Positions 51,231 through 63,471 of a DNA stretch of 64,000 nt are shown here, piece by piece. The position numbers and the translations under genes are program-made. Source of the DNA: Lytechinus pictus (taxonomy: Eukaryota); contig NC_087261.1 of the NCBI RefSeq assembly GCF_037042905.1, positions 23,808,001-23,872,000 of the forward strand, given 5' to 3'. The notes beneath the pieces are model-generated. The model was not told the DNA's origin. It ran no database searches and saw nothing but the letters and a program-made list of their open reading frames with translations. Positions within the stretch are counted from its first letter, which is position 1. Each line of letters begins with the position of its first letter.

Positions 51231-51356
51231 GGGTCCCGTAACACAAAGATTAGCGATTAATCGTACGCTTGATTTTTATGATTGATTGTACATTGCAGTC
51301 TATGGAATCAATCGTTAAAATGTTCTAAGATCATTGCTAAGCTTTGTGTTACGGCC
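51231..51356. mobile_element. Small Harbinger-like MITE in intron 3
   Basis: GGGTCCCGTAACACAAAG ... CTTTGTGTTACGGCC inverted termini. Confidence 0.65.
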
Positions 51357-51542
51357 TCTTGGGGATGTTGAGAGAACAAAACGTATATTCCCTTAGGCAA
51401 CATTGTGAACACACTGAAGACACCGTGACAACACTGTGGGACACTGTGTTTTATCCAACAGGGTTGGCCGTACTGTAATTGCCTGGTCGTGGTATTGCTT
51501 GAGTAATGAGTCTTTTTCGATTTTTGTTTTCTTCATCTACAG

Positions 51543-52335
51543 TGACACTGGTGACGAGACAAAGGAAAAGTCGAAGAAGCCGCGTTCAAACTGGTTACAG
51601 GGAAAAATCATTCAGGTAGATAAGAAAAAGAAGAGGAAAGACAAACGGAAAGGTGTTTATAGTGTGAGTGACGCAATGTCGAAACATTTGCTCGCAGATA
51701 CAGGTCAAGACGAGCCTATCTATAACAAGTGTGACAAGTGTCGATACCCTGAACACAACATGCAACTTAAAGCGACATCTTCCAATTTCAATGGGGCACA
51801 TATACCTTGTAGAAGCTCTAAAATGAGCAATAAAAATGAACGTAGTGCCAGCTGCAACCGAGTTGGACATCCTCTACTGAATAGTAGAGAGGATTGTCCT
51901 TCGCCTATAGGTATACCTCGAAGAAAGCGCGCACATTCGTCACCTGAAATCGTCGTGATAAATTCCGAGCTGAAGAACGACGCATGCACGTGCGTACGCT
52001 CAATACAGCATGGCGAGAATGGGACACATCCTCCTAAAAGAAAGTCCTGGGTTTCACCTTCTTGCGATGACAACGTAACCCTCGTCAGGTTTTGCGAGCA
52101 AAATTGTGAAAGAACATCTGAATTCACAACCACGGATAGTTTGCATTTTGAAAAAGAGACCAAGGTTAATCGGTTAGACCTTGACAGGCCTCTTGTAAAA
52201 TGCAAGACGGTCACCTCATGCGGAGTTGGACCAAAGGCCAACGGGAAAGTTCTCCGACAACTGGATGATGCCTCTGTGCGTCTCGAGAGCCACCCCAATG
52301 TTGCGATCGCCATTTTGGCCGAATCGGTTATATGA
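51543..52335 (+). CDS. Two-TM protein gene, terminal coding exon (cytoplasmic tail ending ...AESVI*)
   Basis: Acceptor TTTTCTTCATCTACAG|; phase 2 joins exon 3 in the frame of ORF 51436-52335. The spliced CDS is 121+87+91+793 = 1092 nt (363 aa). Candidate AATAAA at 53064. Confidence 0.82.
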
Positions 52336-55300
52336 AGGAAACCATTTCGGACTCGACTTGGTTAGCCGTGATTGTGGTCCTGTTTTGAAGAGGATCGGTC
52401 TTTTTGATGAAGTTACACAGCGTTCGATCGATGGAGACCTTGGTATTTCTTGTTCCATCTAGCCTTTGCCGTTGGTTGGGATATGTTCTCTGTCGGAAGA
52501 ACCCACACTCTGGATGCTTATGCTACTTTCTGGAAACGCCCGAAGATCACGCCATCTTGAAGGTGTTGTTCACACTTACATCTTGACATGTATGTTAACA
52601 GATTAAAGAAGTAGTAGAGTGAGACGTAATTTATTGAAAAAGAATGATTCGATTTAGAAATGTGCCTTAACTCTTCATATATTTTGTTTAATGTCTATAG
52701 GCAGATACGCACAATGTCGCGTGTATTAATTGATCTCGGATATGTCGGAGTGCGTTCTAGACGCTTTAGGCGGTCGAATAAAAACAGTATTGCAGTAGCT
52801 ATTGAATTATGTGGGTTTGCGGGAATGATACGAACTCTTCGTTTATACAAGAGATACTTAGCTACATTTGAGAGTTGGCATATTTTTTCTGGCCAATATG
52901 ATTTATATTTGTCTGAAAGCAATTTGATTGACAGATCTAATAAAACCTATAACCTGTAAAAAAGAGGTGCTTATTAAGCATCTTGTAAAACTGTGGTACG
53001 AGGTATAAAATGAATTTCCATCTCAGATTTAGTTGTGCTCATACATGTACATGTACTATATTCAATAAATGTTCATGAAGGTATTTTGCAATTTTCTAAA
53101 AATTAAAAACGTTGTCATTGCTTCATATTCTCGGAGAGCTTTGAACGGGAAGTTAGGATGGTACCTAATTATCCTACCCGTTAGCCATTTTCTTTTCCTT
53201 GTTTGTATTATTTAGGCGGGGGCAAAGTTAAAGAGAATAAATCAGGAAAATAGTGTAGTTATCTTTCCCAAACATGATAGTATGTTATAAGACAAACCTA
53301 TGATTTATTTTGTAAAGAACCAGCTCATTTTCCGAGTAATATTTGAAACCTATATCCCATAGATCGTGCTGATGATACACGATATACATGCACATTTGCT
53401 TACTTTGAATAATAAAACGATTTAGAGTATTAGTCATATCTGGGAAGCCAAAAAAAAACACGAATTAATAAACTCCCTGGAATAAGCATATTCTCCTGCC
53501 AATACGCCTATTCATGAAATCTGTACCTGTTACTTTGGGTTTTTTTCTTTCCCATGGGTAACAAGATGCAGAATGGGTCTGTTTTTAAGACTACAATCAA
53601 ATTACGAAATTGCAACTAAGTGAAATATATGCGACAAATTGCAATAAATCTCCACAATAAATGTCAGTTTCATATCTTTACAAAATTAATTGAACATTTC
53701 TCAATAAATGATTCATTGTGACATTTGAATGTATAGATGCTTTCCACCCATACCACTCGGGAAGGATATAATATATCTGTATGAGCCCTTTTTAGATTTT
53801 TTATTCTGTTCTTTGCTGTAAGAAAAACTTTAAGACTTTCTTTCCTTGACACCATTGACTTTATCAATGTGCAAAACAATTTGTTATGGTGAGGACTAAA
53901 CTCAATTATATTAATATCAATTTAGAGGTTTGTTTTCCTACATATGGTGTAAATCCTAGTTTTATGACCAAGGATGCATTGAGTTTTTCATGTCATTGCC
54001 TCTGTAGACGGGTTGCACGAATAAATATAACCAATAATATTAACAATAATAGCAAATATGTAATAATGGTATTAACACTTGATGTAAATATGGATAGTTC
54101 TTATGCGCCGGTATTAACCACGCGTAGATGGTGATAGCGTAGGACAAAAAAGGAAGCAGAAATTCAAACACCTGCGGAATGAATTTAAGGACTGAACTAC
54201 CCTTTTCTTTGTTTTAAATCATGTAGCAATATGTTCAAGTAGACACCATTAAACCATGTTGTAGTAGGTCCATGCTTAAACCCTTGACTTGACTCATTGA
54301 GCATGTTGCGAATTGAGGACTGCAATTGTAAAAATGTCATGATTAAACCATGTATGCATGACTGCTTAAACTTACGTCTTAGTGAATTAAAAGCAGATTC
54401 CTATTAACTTGCAAGGATTCCACTATGCAATTTGATCGAAACACATACTGCCTGTTGTTTCAGTTTGGTGACCGACATGGCTGATGATGTATATAGGCCT
54501 AAAGAATATCATTTTGAGGATAAATCAAGGGTATTGATCCTTATTACCATTACAGAGGCAATCAGAGAACGGGATATTATGATATAGAGTTACCATTTAC
54601 TGATAAAAAATATTTCAAATACCAACTCCTCTCTTTGAGAGTAGTATAATGGCGATGATATTATAAGTAATGCTACTGAAGCTGAATGATTTGCCCTACA
54701 TGTCATATAATATAACCAGACATTCAAGCAAATGAGAACATATTGGCGGTGTGAACGTATAAATCGTCATTTCGAGCTACATGTATATTGTATAATAAGC
54801 TGGCTAGATGAATACCGGACATTATATTTTATATGGGTAACATACTTGAATCATATTGTTAAGCGATGAAGAAGGGAGAAGGGTGTTACTTCTTGTGAAC
54901 AAATTTTTCGGCATTTCTCATATGTCTTTAATAAGATCGCATGCTCGATCTGTAATGAAAATCATAAGTCAGAAAAAAAATGGAACCAGTGGGATTGGAA
55001 TCTGTCATCTACTGCCTGCCGGGCAGCGACTCAACCACCATGCTATTCTGGTTCACGGCTAAGTCACGATGAACTGGAATACAAATACCCTCGATCCTCT
55101 TCTTTCTGACAATGGCATTAATGTCGAACAATTTGTTCAAAAATTATAATTACCTCCTATTAAAGCCTCTTTATTTACTATGTTACTTCTTAATAGCGTA
55201 TTTTAGCGTCCACTACGCAGACACTTTCTGCAACGCTCAGAATTCTATTGAAAATACCCGTCAAGGTCATTGTCGGAAGTTGGTGAGCCGGGACAGCACT

Positions 55301-55704
55301 TCGTCTTGAGTTTCGGACCGGACAAAAAATTGCGAATATGTCGTTTGTCCGGAGTCCATGACAACACGGCTGTTTTGGTTCACCGGTTTTCGACAAAGGC
55401 TGTTTTGTTCATATTAAGGGGCTTTTGATACAAGATCCTCAGCGTTATATAAAGCGCATGTGAAGTGATTGCTAAAATGCTCTCATGCCGTTGTCTTTTT
55501 TTTTATCAACGAAATTAACCCAAGACGGACGAAAACATCGCGTTATTACCAGTGATATACTATCCGTCGGTTTGAAGTCATTCAATATGCAGATTATGCA
55601 ATATTCCATTATATAGATGAGGCAATTATGATTATGCCTATAACTTATCTACAGTATCTTCTATTAACGTATATTACTCATTGTGGAATCGAGATGCCAG
55701 CCTG

Positions 55705-55946
55705 CACTGCAGAAACTCTGGTGTTGATTTAACACCAGCCCGGAATCTATATATGTCCACGCCAGAAAAGTGTAAAACAACACCATTTTCGTTTTGGTCT
55801 AACACCAAATAGGTGTTTAAACAACACCAATTAGTATCAAAACAGCATCGGTTTGATCCCAAACTGGTGTTGTTTCAATAATTCTCTGGTGTGGACATAT
55901 ATAGATTCCGGGCTGGTGTTAAATCAACACCGGAGTTTTTGCAGTG
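55705..55946. mobile_element. CACTG-terminal (EnSpm/CACTA-like) palindromic MITE, 2-bp TSD
   Basis: TG|CACTGCAGAAACTCTGGTGTTGATTTAACACCAGCCCGGAATCTATATATGTCCAC ... reverse complement ...CAGTG|TG. Confidence 0.85.
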
Positions 55947-55947
55947 T

Positions 55948-56165
55948 GGTTACACAAACTTTGCTCCTGCGACAATTGCTCCGGGCTTTATTTCGTCTAA
56001 GATACAGGATTAGGGTAAGGGTTGCAATAAGGTTTTATTCTAGGTTTAGGGTTAGGTTTAAGATAGGGTATAGCGTTAAATGTTACTATGAGGTTGGTTG
56101 TTCCATTTATATAGTGTGTGAAATTCACTGCGGAGCAATTGTCGCCGGAGCAAATGTCTGGAACC
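55948..56165. mobile_element. MITE with TTGCTCC/GGAGCAA TIRs and GGGTTA-like core
   Basis: Same family as 20734-20942. Abuts the CACTG MITE. Confidence 0.75.
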
Positions 56166-57544
56166 GTAAGCCTAGACCTATAAACACAATAATTAACGTT
56201 TCCATCGTAATCCCTATACTGACAATAGTAGATGGTGATCATTGGCAATGGTAATGAATATGGTACACCCGGCAGAGAAAGAATACATATTTACTAAATG
56301 AAAAATGTTTCAAGATGCGGTAATGACTTTTGAATATTTTTGTGTAGAATAAATTTATCCCATGTATATTTTGATAAAAAAGTGCCTGTCTAAATAAAAT
56401 GAATAAAAAATAATAATATTATCTTGTAAAAGCAAATAAGTGGAAGTGTGCGTCGTTCATGTTTCATTTAAATTGTCCGTATAAATTTCCCGCTTCATCT
56501 TGTGAAATTACCCTCTCGTGTATATCCCTGCTTGCACAAGGTTGTAAGGTGTATGGTGAAATCATGTGTTAGGGAGTAGAGTGTTTCACAAGTAGTTAAG
56601 TGTGACTTACATCGCGCTTAGTCGTGTTGATTGACAAGTTGCGCCCAGGAAAGAACTTGCAGAGACGTGGACTAGCTATCACTTACTAATATGCACCGAT
56701 ATTGGTAAGCCATTGGGTACTATTAAACGGTTTTAAGGGGAGGGGGGGCTGGTCATGCAAAGATAGTTTTCTCAGTCACGTTTTCAGGTAGACGGTTTGG
56801 GAAACAAAAAAGTCCGGCTGAAGCCCCCTCAGACCCCACCCCCTAATCCCGAGGCCCCTGAACCCTGCATACTTCCAAACACCCATTCAAACACATTCAG
56901 AATAGAGTAACGTTACGTTACATAGTAATGTTATAGTGTTCTTTCCGCAAAATATGAGACTAGCAGCATTTGAAAAAAAACTACATACGAGTGTGAACTT
57001 GATAAACCAGGAAAACGTGTGAGATAAAAGTGTAGTTTTTGTGTCATTTGAAAATGATAATTGCCTTTATTTTTAAATCATCTTGACCCCCCCCCCCCCA
57101 TATAAAGTCGTAAGCGAGAAACCAGAGACTGACATTAGTTCATTGTATCCCCTGACCATGTTGACAATTGAAACTCATTCCTCACCTACTCCTGCGGGGA
57201 CCAAATTTGAGGTTGGACAGATGTTAATATTTCTATCCATACTGTACATGAATCCATGCTGGGTGGAGTAACGCGCAATAGGAGAAAAACAATTTCCATC
57301 TAATTTTCAAAGCAATTAGGGTACAGGCCTAATATAGTTAAATTCTTTCGGAAAGAGGCAAGTTTGTCATGTTTGTAGGGGAAAACAGATTATAATTTTT
57401 CATCGTGGTGATCGAATATGATGGCGCTGTCCAAATTTTCCAAATTATGCTCATCAGATCAAAACGACAGAGGGCACATTAAATATACCTATATTTGAAC
57501 ACATTGATTGTTCCACTGGCATGTTTAGAGAGCGGGAAATGCTT

Positions 57545-58053
57545 CAGAAGCGGATCTAGAGGGGGGGGGGTTGGGGGGGTTGCAACCCCCCCCAAAAAAA
57601 AAAAAATCCGGGGACCATTTTTTTAAATCTTATCTTTTTTTTTTAACTTGTAATTTTATTTATTCTATTTCTATGTATTTATTTCATTTATTATTATTAT
57701 CATTATTATTATTATTATTATTATTATTAACAGTGCTTATTCCAAGGTCCCCAATTCTTTGTATCTGTGTTGTTAACTGGCCTTACATTGCAGGAAAATG
57801 CAACTTAATTTTACAAATTTTCATGGGGGTTAATTTGGCAACGACCTCTATACCAAAAAGAGTGGTGTTTTAGATGCAAGAAAACGCCATTTTCACACAC
57901 AGATTTTCAAAAATTTTCCCTACTGTGGGAGGGGGGACACCCCCCTCCCACACCCTCCCCCCTCGCTCGCTCCGCTCGCTTGGACTCGGTCGCTACGCTC
58001 CCTCGCATACCACCCCAACCCCCCCCCTTTATAAAAAGCTGGATCCGCCCCTG
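57545..58053. mobile_element. hAT-like MITE (CAG..GCGGATC termini); TSD not preserved
   Basis: CAGAAGCGGATCTAG ... CTGGATCCGCCCCTG, with G/C homopolymer subtermini like 31496-31726. Confidence 0.6.
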
Positions 58054-58101
58054 CGCTTGAGACCTCTGTTGATACAGCAGTATTCATTCTTTGCTTACGT
58101 A

Positions 58102-58380
58102 CACTGTTTAAAAAAACCATGATTTTACAGAAAAATAAGATTTTGCAGAAAGCAATAACAAAATTATTCTATAAATTCATAAACAGGAATTTTTCTGCAA
58201 TTTCACAGAACTGATTTGTTTAAATAGGGGAAAAGAGTGTTTTATTTAAGGAAATTTGTAAGGTTCTATACACCAAATACCAATTTCCTGTAAGATTACG
58301 CAATCTGGTAAGATTACAGGTGTTCTCGAGACTCTGCTGCAGGAACTTCTTTTATTTTAAGGATAAATTTTCTAACAGTG
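58102..58380. mobile_element. CACTG-terminal MITE with TA TSD
   Basis: TA|CACTGTTTAAAAA ... TTTTCTAACAGTG|TA. Confidence 0.75.
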
Positions 58381-58395
58381 TACATGTTAGATTAA

Positions 58396-58945
58396 GGAGG
58401 GTACTCCAGGCAAAAAAAATGGCTTGAGCAGAAAAAATAGACACACGCACACACACAACCATGACAACCAAAACACTCAAAATTTAAACAAAATTAGGCA
58501 AGGGGTAAAAAAAAAAATTATGATTTTTTTTTTGTATAGATGTGCGTCATTTCGGTGAAACAGTCAAATGCATGTCTTTATAAATATGCGATGATCAATA
58601 TGATGCCATATCCCCACTTGTTCTTTTGTATTTTAATATATACTATTCTGTTGATTTAGTCGACCTATCATGATGGTTGGACAAGTGATTTAATTCATAT
58701 ATTCATCGTGTTCATTGCCACAACTTATCGAACACACATGTTCGAAAAGAGGTAAAATAGTTATGATTTCCTGTAATAACATAATAAAGAAAGAGAGAGG
58801 GGGCATGGCATCATAAGCTAACTTAACGAGTATTCATGACGGCATGCGCTTTATCCGTTTTTACAAAATGTTACTCAACTTCAGAATGTAATCAATTTTG
58901 TTATAAGATTTTGATGAAATTTTGATCGTTTTGCTTTGTGAACTT
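58396..58945. mobile_element. Degenerate TTAA MITE, same family as 15793-16405; right end lost
   Basis: TTAA|GGAGGGTACTCCAGGC start. Shares the GGTGAAACAG...GCATGTCTT, ATATCCCCACTTG and TATTCATGA blocks. Confidence 0.6.
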
Positions 58946-59298
58946 TAAAAGTAAGGCCACCCTACGATTGGTCCACCATGTCCATGGTCCGATTTTGGAA
59001 CAAATCAAATTTTGCTAATTTTCTAAAAATTTGAATTAAAGTTTTTTTTTCTTGTATTTCAGGTAAAAATTAACTGAAATAATACTAATGTAAAAATGTG
59101 GTTGATTGCAAGCCCTTATTTTGGAGTAGGCCTAAAGTCCGAATAACTTTCAAATCGTATCCAATCATGCGATTGCTATGACGTCAACATGACTAATTTT
59201 TGTTATTCTAAAAATAGGGATGATAGCATCGTCACAGATTTGAATATAGGTATTCCTTAGATGATTTAGAACTGATACATTGCACAGTAAGATAATTC

Positions 59299-59607
59299 GG
59301 CCCGTATTCTGAAGACGGGTCTAGCTTATACCATGGTCTCTGTGCTAAAATTATGGGAAGCCAAAAGTTTCAAAATTTTCGTTTACAGTGAATGCTTCTC
59401 ACGTTTATTGTGCTCTTTACTAATTCTTTAATGGTAAAGACAACTGTCATACTTATTCTTTCCAGGCAGTTAATAATGTTTTGGGAGTCAAATGAGCTGA
59501 TACATTGAACCTCTACTGTTGGATATTTATGTAACAACTGGCTTCCCATAGTTAAACCACAACTTAAAACCAGAGTTTAAATTAAGCCCGACTTCAGAAT
59601 ACGGGCC
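59299..59607. mobile_element. Harbinger-like MITE
   Basis: GGCCCGTATTCTGAAGACGGG ... CCCGACTTCAGAATACGGGCC. Confidence 0.78.
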
Positions 59608-60270
59608 AAATGTCTACTCTATGTTATCATCAACAAATAATTCCGCAACAACTATTGTTTAATCAGGGTATGTGCTCAAAGGCTACAGACAGTGATCAGA
59701 AAATATCGAAAGCTTTGTAGATGCTGACTTTCAGTCTACTGCGGAGAGTTCAGTGCAGCGAGACGGGGATTCCCCATACGTAATCGACACGACGTCGTAT
59801 TACAAGCACATCGGGGAATCCCCAGCTGCTCGGGGTTGCTAGTCTGCTAAAACAGACCTATGTTCTATGTGACAACGCATGAAGCACACCGCGTTTTATC
59901 AAACCTAGTACACGACGCAACATACAATTGTAACATTAATATAACCAGATTCCATTATATTCATGCATCAGATGTTGTGCTTCTCTAGGGTTTGCCTGAA
60001 TATTTTGTGTTATACATTTAAAAGAAACATTACCGTGGCTGGCGCTAGAGACTAGTCACCTATTATTCGTGATCGTTGGTGAATACGGTTTGACGTAAAC
60101 AAAACGCGCGTAACAAAGAAGAGCTGCATTCTGTTGTATATGAATCGCGAACGTATTTTTATACGGAAACACATAGCACAGACTGTATTTCACTCGATGA
60201 AAAATAATGCAATGTAGAACCTTCACCCTGCCACGTTTAGAGCCCTAGTTTGAGCTGGATATATCTGAAT

Positions 60271-60449
60271 ATGGCAGAGGACATCGGTGAAAGTGTCATC
60301 CCGAGGGAGAAAGATGCGAATGGCAATTCGTCAGCTATTGTGAAGGAGGGTGAAACCAGCAGCGTGGTTGACTTTGACGACATGGATTTAACACAACTCA
60401 GAGACATCTTTGTACCGGACGCACTTTCCAAACTATTCAGCACAGATGG
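60271..60449 (+). CDS. Uncharacterised gene 2, coding exon 1 (MAEDIGESVIPREKD...SKLFSTD)
   Basis: AATATGG start context, an open acidic frame, and donor GG|GTAAGT (phase 2). Confidence 0.72.
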
Positions 60450-61252
60450 GTAAGTTGCAAGATATTCCTTGGATAGAGCCAATGTAACGAAGGGGTGGTG
60501 GTGGGGGTGGTGGTGGTGGTGGTGGTGAAGATGTAATGGTGGTGCCGACGATGTCGATGATTATGGTGCGAAAAAATAAAAAAAAGGTACACAAACACAT
60601 ACACGTAGGCCTATAACCTCGTCCTCACACACTTGAGCTCCTCGCTGATCCCACATACACGTACATGTAATCACCCACCAAAACGTTCATTTGATCGTCT
60701 GATTACAAAACAAATAAAGCAGATTCGTTTTGGCATTTTTTCCGAACTTATTTCAATACTAGAATCCTTCTCAGATACGTCGACTATTTCGATGGAGATC
60801 TATAAGCCGTTAGAAGTTTGAACAAATACATCTTCCCTCTTCGGGTAACATAAATATTTAGGCCTACTAGATGGAAGATAAACAAAGTTAAAAACGATCT
60901 TTGATCTGTTAATAGACAAAGTATATTCTATAGAGTAATATTCAGTTCAACTTCTATTTGAAGTTCTTTAAACAATTCATGGTACAGTCCATCGAGTCCG
61001 GGAGTCCACTTTAAAAAGCGCCACGTATACCTAAAGTACGTAATATCGGATTCGGCATCTTTTTTTGTATGAAAGATACAACATTTTGTTAAGTATAATC
61101 TCGTGATATATAGGTATACAGTGATGGATAATTCTTGGTAATATTTGCAATATTCAAAAAAATAAGACGCTTTTAGTATGATTCCACTCATTACAGTCTC
61201 TTCAAAAGAGATCAGTTGAATTTGGATTGAAATAAATTGTTTGCTTCAATAG

Positions 61253-61331
61253 ATCTGCAGCTGCTGCTGTCGACAACAAAGAAGCAGGCCATGGGGCTAT
61301 CACGACAGCGGACAATCATGGATTACAAGAT
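61253..61331 (+). CDS. Uncharacterised gene 2, coding exon 2 (GSAAAAVDNKEAGHGAITTADNHGLQD)
   Basis: Acceptor TTTGCTTCAATAG| and donor GAT|GTAAGT. 79 nt, phase 2-0, open. Confidence 0.75.
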
Positions 61332-61404
61332 GTAAGTATTTAATGGTGAATCAAACCTGCGGGACAAGTTAGCTCTGATGAAAACGGAAATATCAAGGAA
61401 TAAA

Positions 61405-61536
61405 TTAAAGTTTGAGGATAATTAAATAATAAGATCAATAAGATTAATGAAATGTTGAGGATGATTGGACAAATAATAAGAAAGTTGGTAAGATTAATGA
61501 CAGTTTGAGGATAATTGGACAAATAATAAGAAAGTT
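61405..61536 (+). repeat. Short minisatellite (~45-bp unit, ~3 copies)
   Basis: TTGAGGATAATTGGACAAATAATAAGAAAGTT-like unit repeated. Confidence 0.7.
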
Positions 61537-62001
61537 ATGAGCGTTCGTATAATTATATGGAAATCACCATGGCTACAGAGATCTTCCTAATTGACACTAT
61601 GATCGTACTTCAAATGGTTTTAGTCGCCCATATGCGTAAATACGGAATTTCATTAGCTATACCATGGACACTGTACATGGCTATACCATATGAAAGAGGA
61701 TATTCTTAAGCTTTACAGTGATATGATTTTTGTCTACTGTTTGTAATTATGTTGTGATAAATCATCGATAATTCTCGAATTCGAGTTTTGTAGGACCCGC
61801 TTTGTATGCCTATTATTGCCGCCTTATAAAGTTGTGTGCATAACGTTAGCATGTTAGGCCAATATGTTTATCGCAGTGCTCGCGTTTTTTTCTTCAACTG
61901 AGTTGTGTAAACAAAGGGCGCATAGAAAATAAATCCTCATTCATCAAATCGATATATTGTATTTTGCATGTTTCGTTCTTTCGTTAAAACCCTTCCGTCA
62001 G

Positions 62002-62209
62002 CTGGCAGGTATCGTATTCCAGACCCTGACTGACTTTGAAAACTGGCTGTACGAGACACAAGCGGGTAAAGATTTTCAGAGGGTCATTCTTCGGAAGTTG
62101 CCCGATCTTAAGGACCCACTGGAAGTGGGACTGCGCGATCTCTTTCATTTCCTTTATCCAGTTCTAAACCAACTGAAGGATAGGTCTCATCCACATTTCC
62201 AGGACATAG
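62002..62209 (+). CDS. Uncharacterised gene 2, coding exon 3 (LAGIVFQTLTDFENWLYE...HPHFQDI); gene continues downstream
   Basis: Acceptor CCCTTCCGTCAG| in phase 0 and in the frame of ORF 61957-62229. Donor AG|GTAGGT (phase 1). Confidence 0.75.
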
Positions 62210-62879
62210 GTAGGTCTTTTCTCTATTAACTTGAAGATTTTTTTTATGTGGCACAAGAAACTTTCCAACAAAAATAATAGCATATCGTTCTGGGTGGTAC
62301 AGAGAACACATTCTTTCAACATGGTACCGTACGCAGTCGTACGGAAATATGATTTGGCCAGAGCATGGACGTTCAATTATTTTAACAATTAAATATTTTT
62401 AAAATAGGGCCTGCCTAGACTATCAAGAAACAACAATTCATCGCCACTCTTGAAATGTGAAAACATATTGAAAATATTTCCGAATTCCGTCAGTTAATTC
62501 GAGGTTACTTTTGTTTCCTTGTCTAGAACAATGGTACTCGAATTATCACTTGATTTTGAAGGCTGGTGTCAATTTTCTTCATGGAGGAATTGTGAGGCTG
62601 ATGAATAGAAATGCTGGCAAAGGAAAGAGTTCTTTTGATGTGTCCACAATTATTAGACAGGTCTGTATCCGTTCTGCATTGACGATTTCATGTTTACCGG
62701 CAGTTGGCATTTTTATCATTATAGAGGATTTTGTGAAGGAATTGACAGGGTTGTAGCTTCTGGGTCAACGTGCGTGCGCGCATAGACGGATTCGTGCTAG
62801 CGGCCTTTCTGCGGTCACTGAATCAGCGGATTGCACATTTTTTCTTCCCGGAAAAGGGTCGTAAGGTTTTCCTTTATAA

Positions 62880-63471
62880 AGGACAAGTCCATCCCAACAA
62901 AAAGTGGATTTGAATAAAAAGAGAAAAATCCAACAAGCACAACACAGAAATTTTCATCCAAATCGGATGTAAAAGAAGAAAGTTTTGACATTTTTAAGTT
63001 TCGCTTAATTTCACAAAATATTTATATTCACATCCTGGTCAGTATGCAAATTAGGGAACTGATGACATCACTCACTCACTTTTTCTTTTGTATTTTAATA
63101 TATGAACTATGTAATATTCTTATTTTCTCCTCATTGTCCTGTGAAACAAAGTTTTATTTCGCCCTGAACATGTGGAATTACCATTGTTTAGCATTTTGTT
63201 TTAGTCAAATTGGTCTTTATTGTCAAATCTGTAAAAATGGAAATATTGTATAATAAAAAAAAAAAGAAATAGTGAGTGGGGGTCACTATCGATTCCCTCA
63301 TTTGCATGTGACTAAATTGTGCATATATCTATTTTGTGAAAAATAAGCGAAACTTTAAAATGTCATAACTGTCTTACTCTCCATCCGATTTTGATGACAT
63401 TTTCAGTATAATTCTTGTCTGATTTTTCTCTATTGATTCATATCAACATTTTTCTGAGGTGGACTTGACCT
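62880..63471. mobile_element. TTAA-type (Kolobok-like) MITE
   Basis: ATAA|AGGACAAGTCCATCCC ... GAGGTGGACTTGACCT|TTAA. Confidence 0.8.

Noticed and set aside
51436-51542. N-terminal part of the 299-aa ORF as a standalone gene start
   Set aside because: It has a GTG start and lies upstream of a strong splice acceptor at 51542. It is better explained as intron.
51720-52313. 197-aa antisense ORF
   Set aside because: It is a shadow frame opposite the real terminal exon, with no independent motifs.
56005-56075. Interstitial telomere (TTAGGG-like), also ~20825
   Set aside because: These are degenerate units confined within a TIR-bounded MITE family.
61405-61536. CRISPR-like array
   Set aside because: These are tandem degenerate units without unique spacers or cas genes, in a eukaryotic intron.
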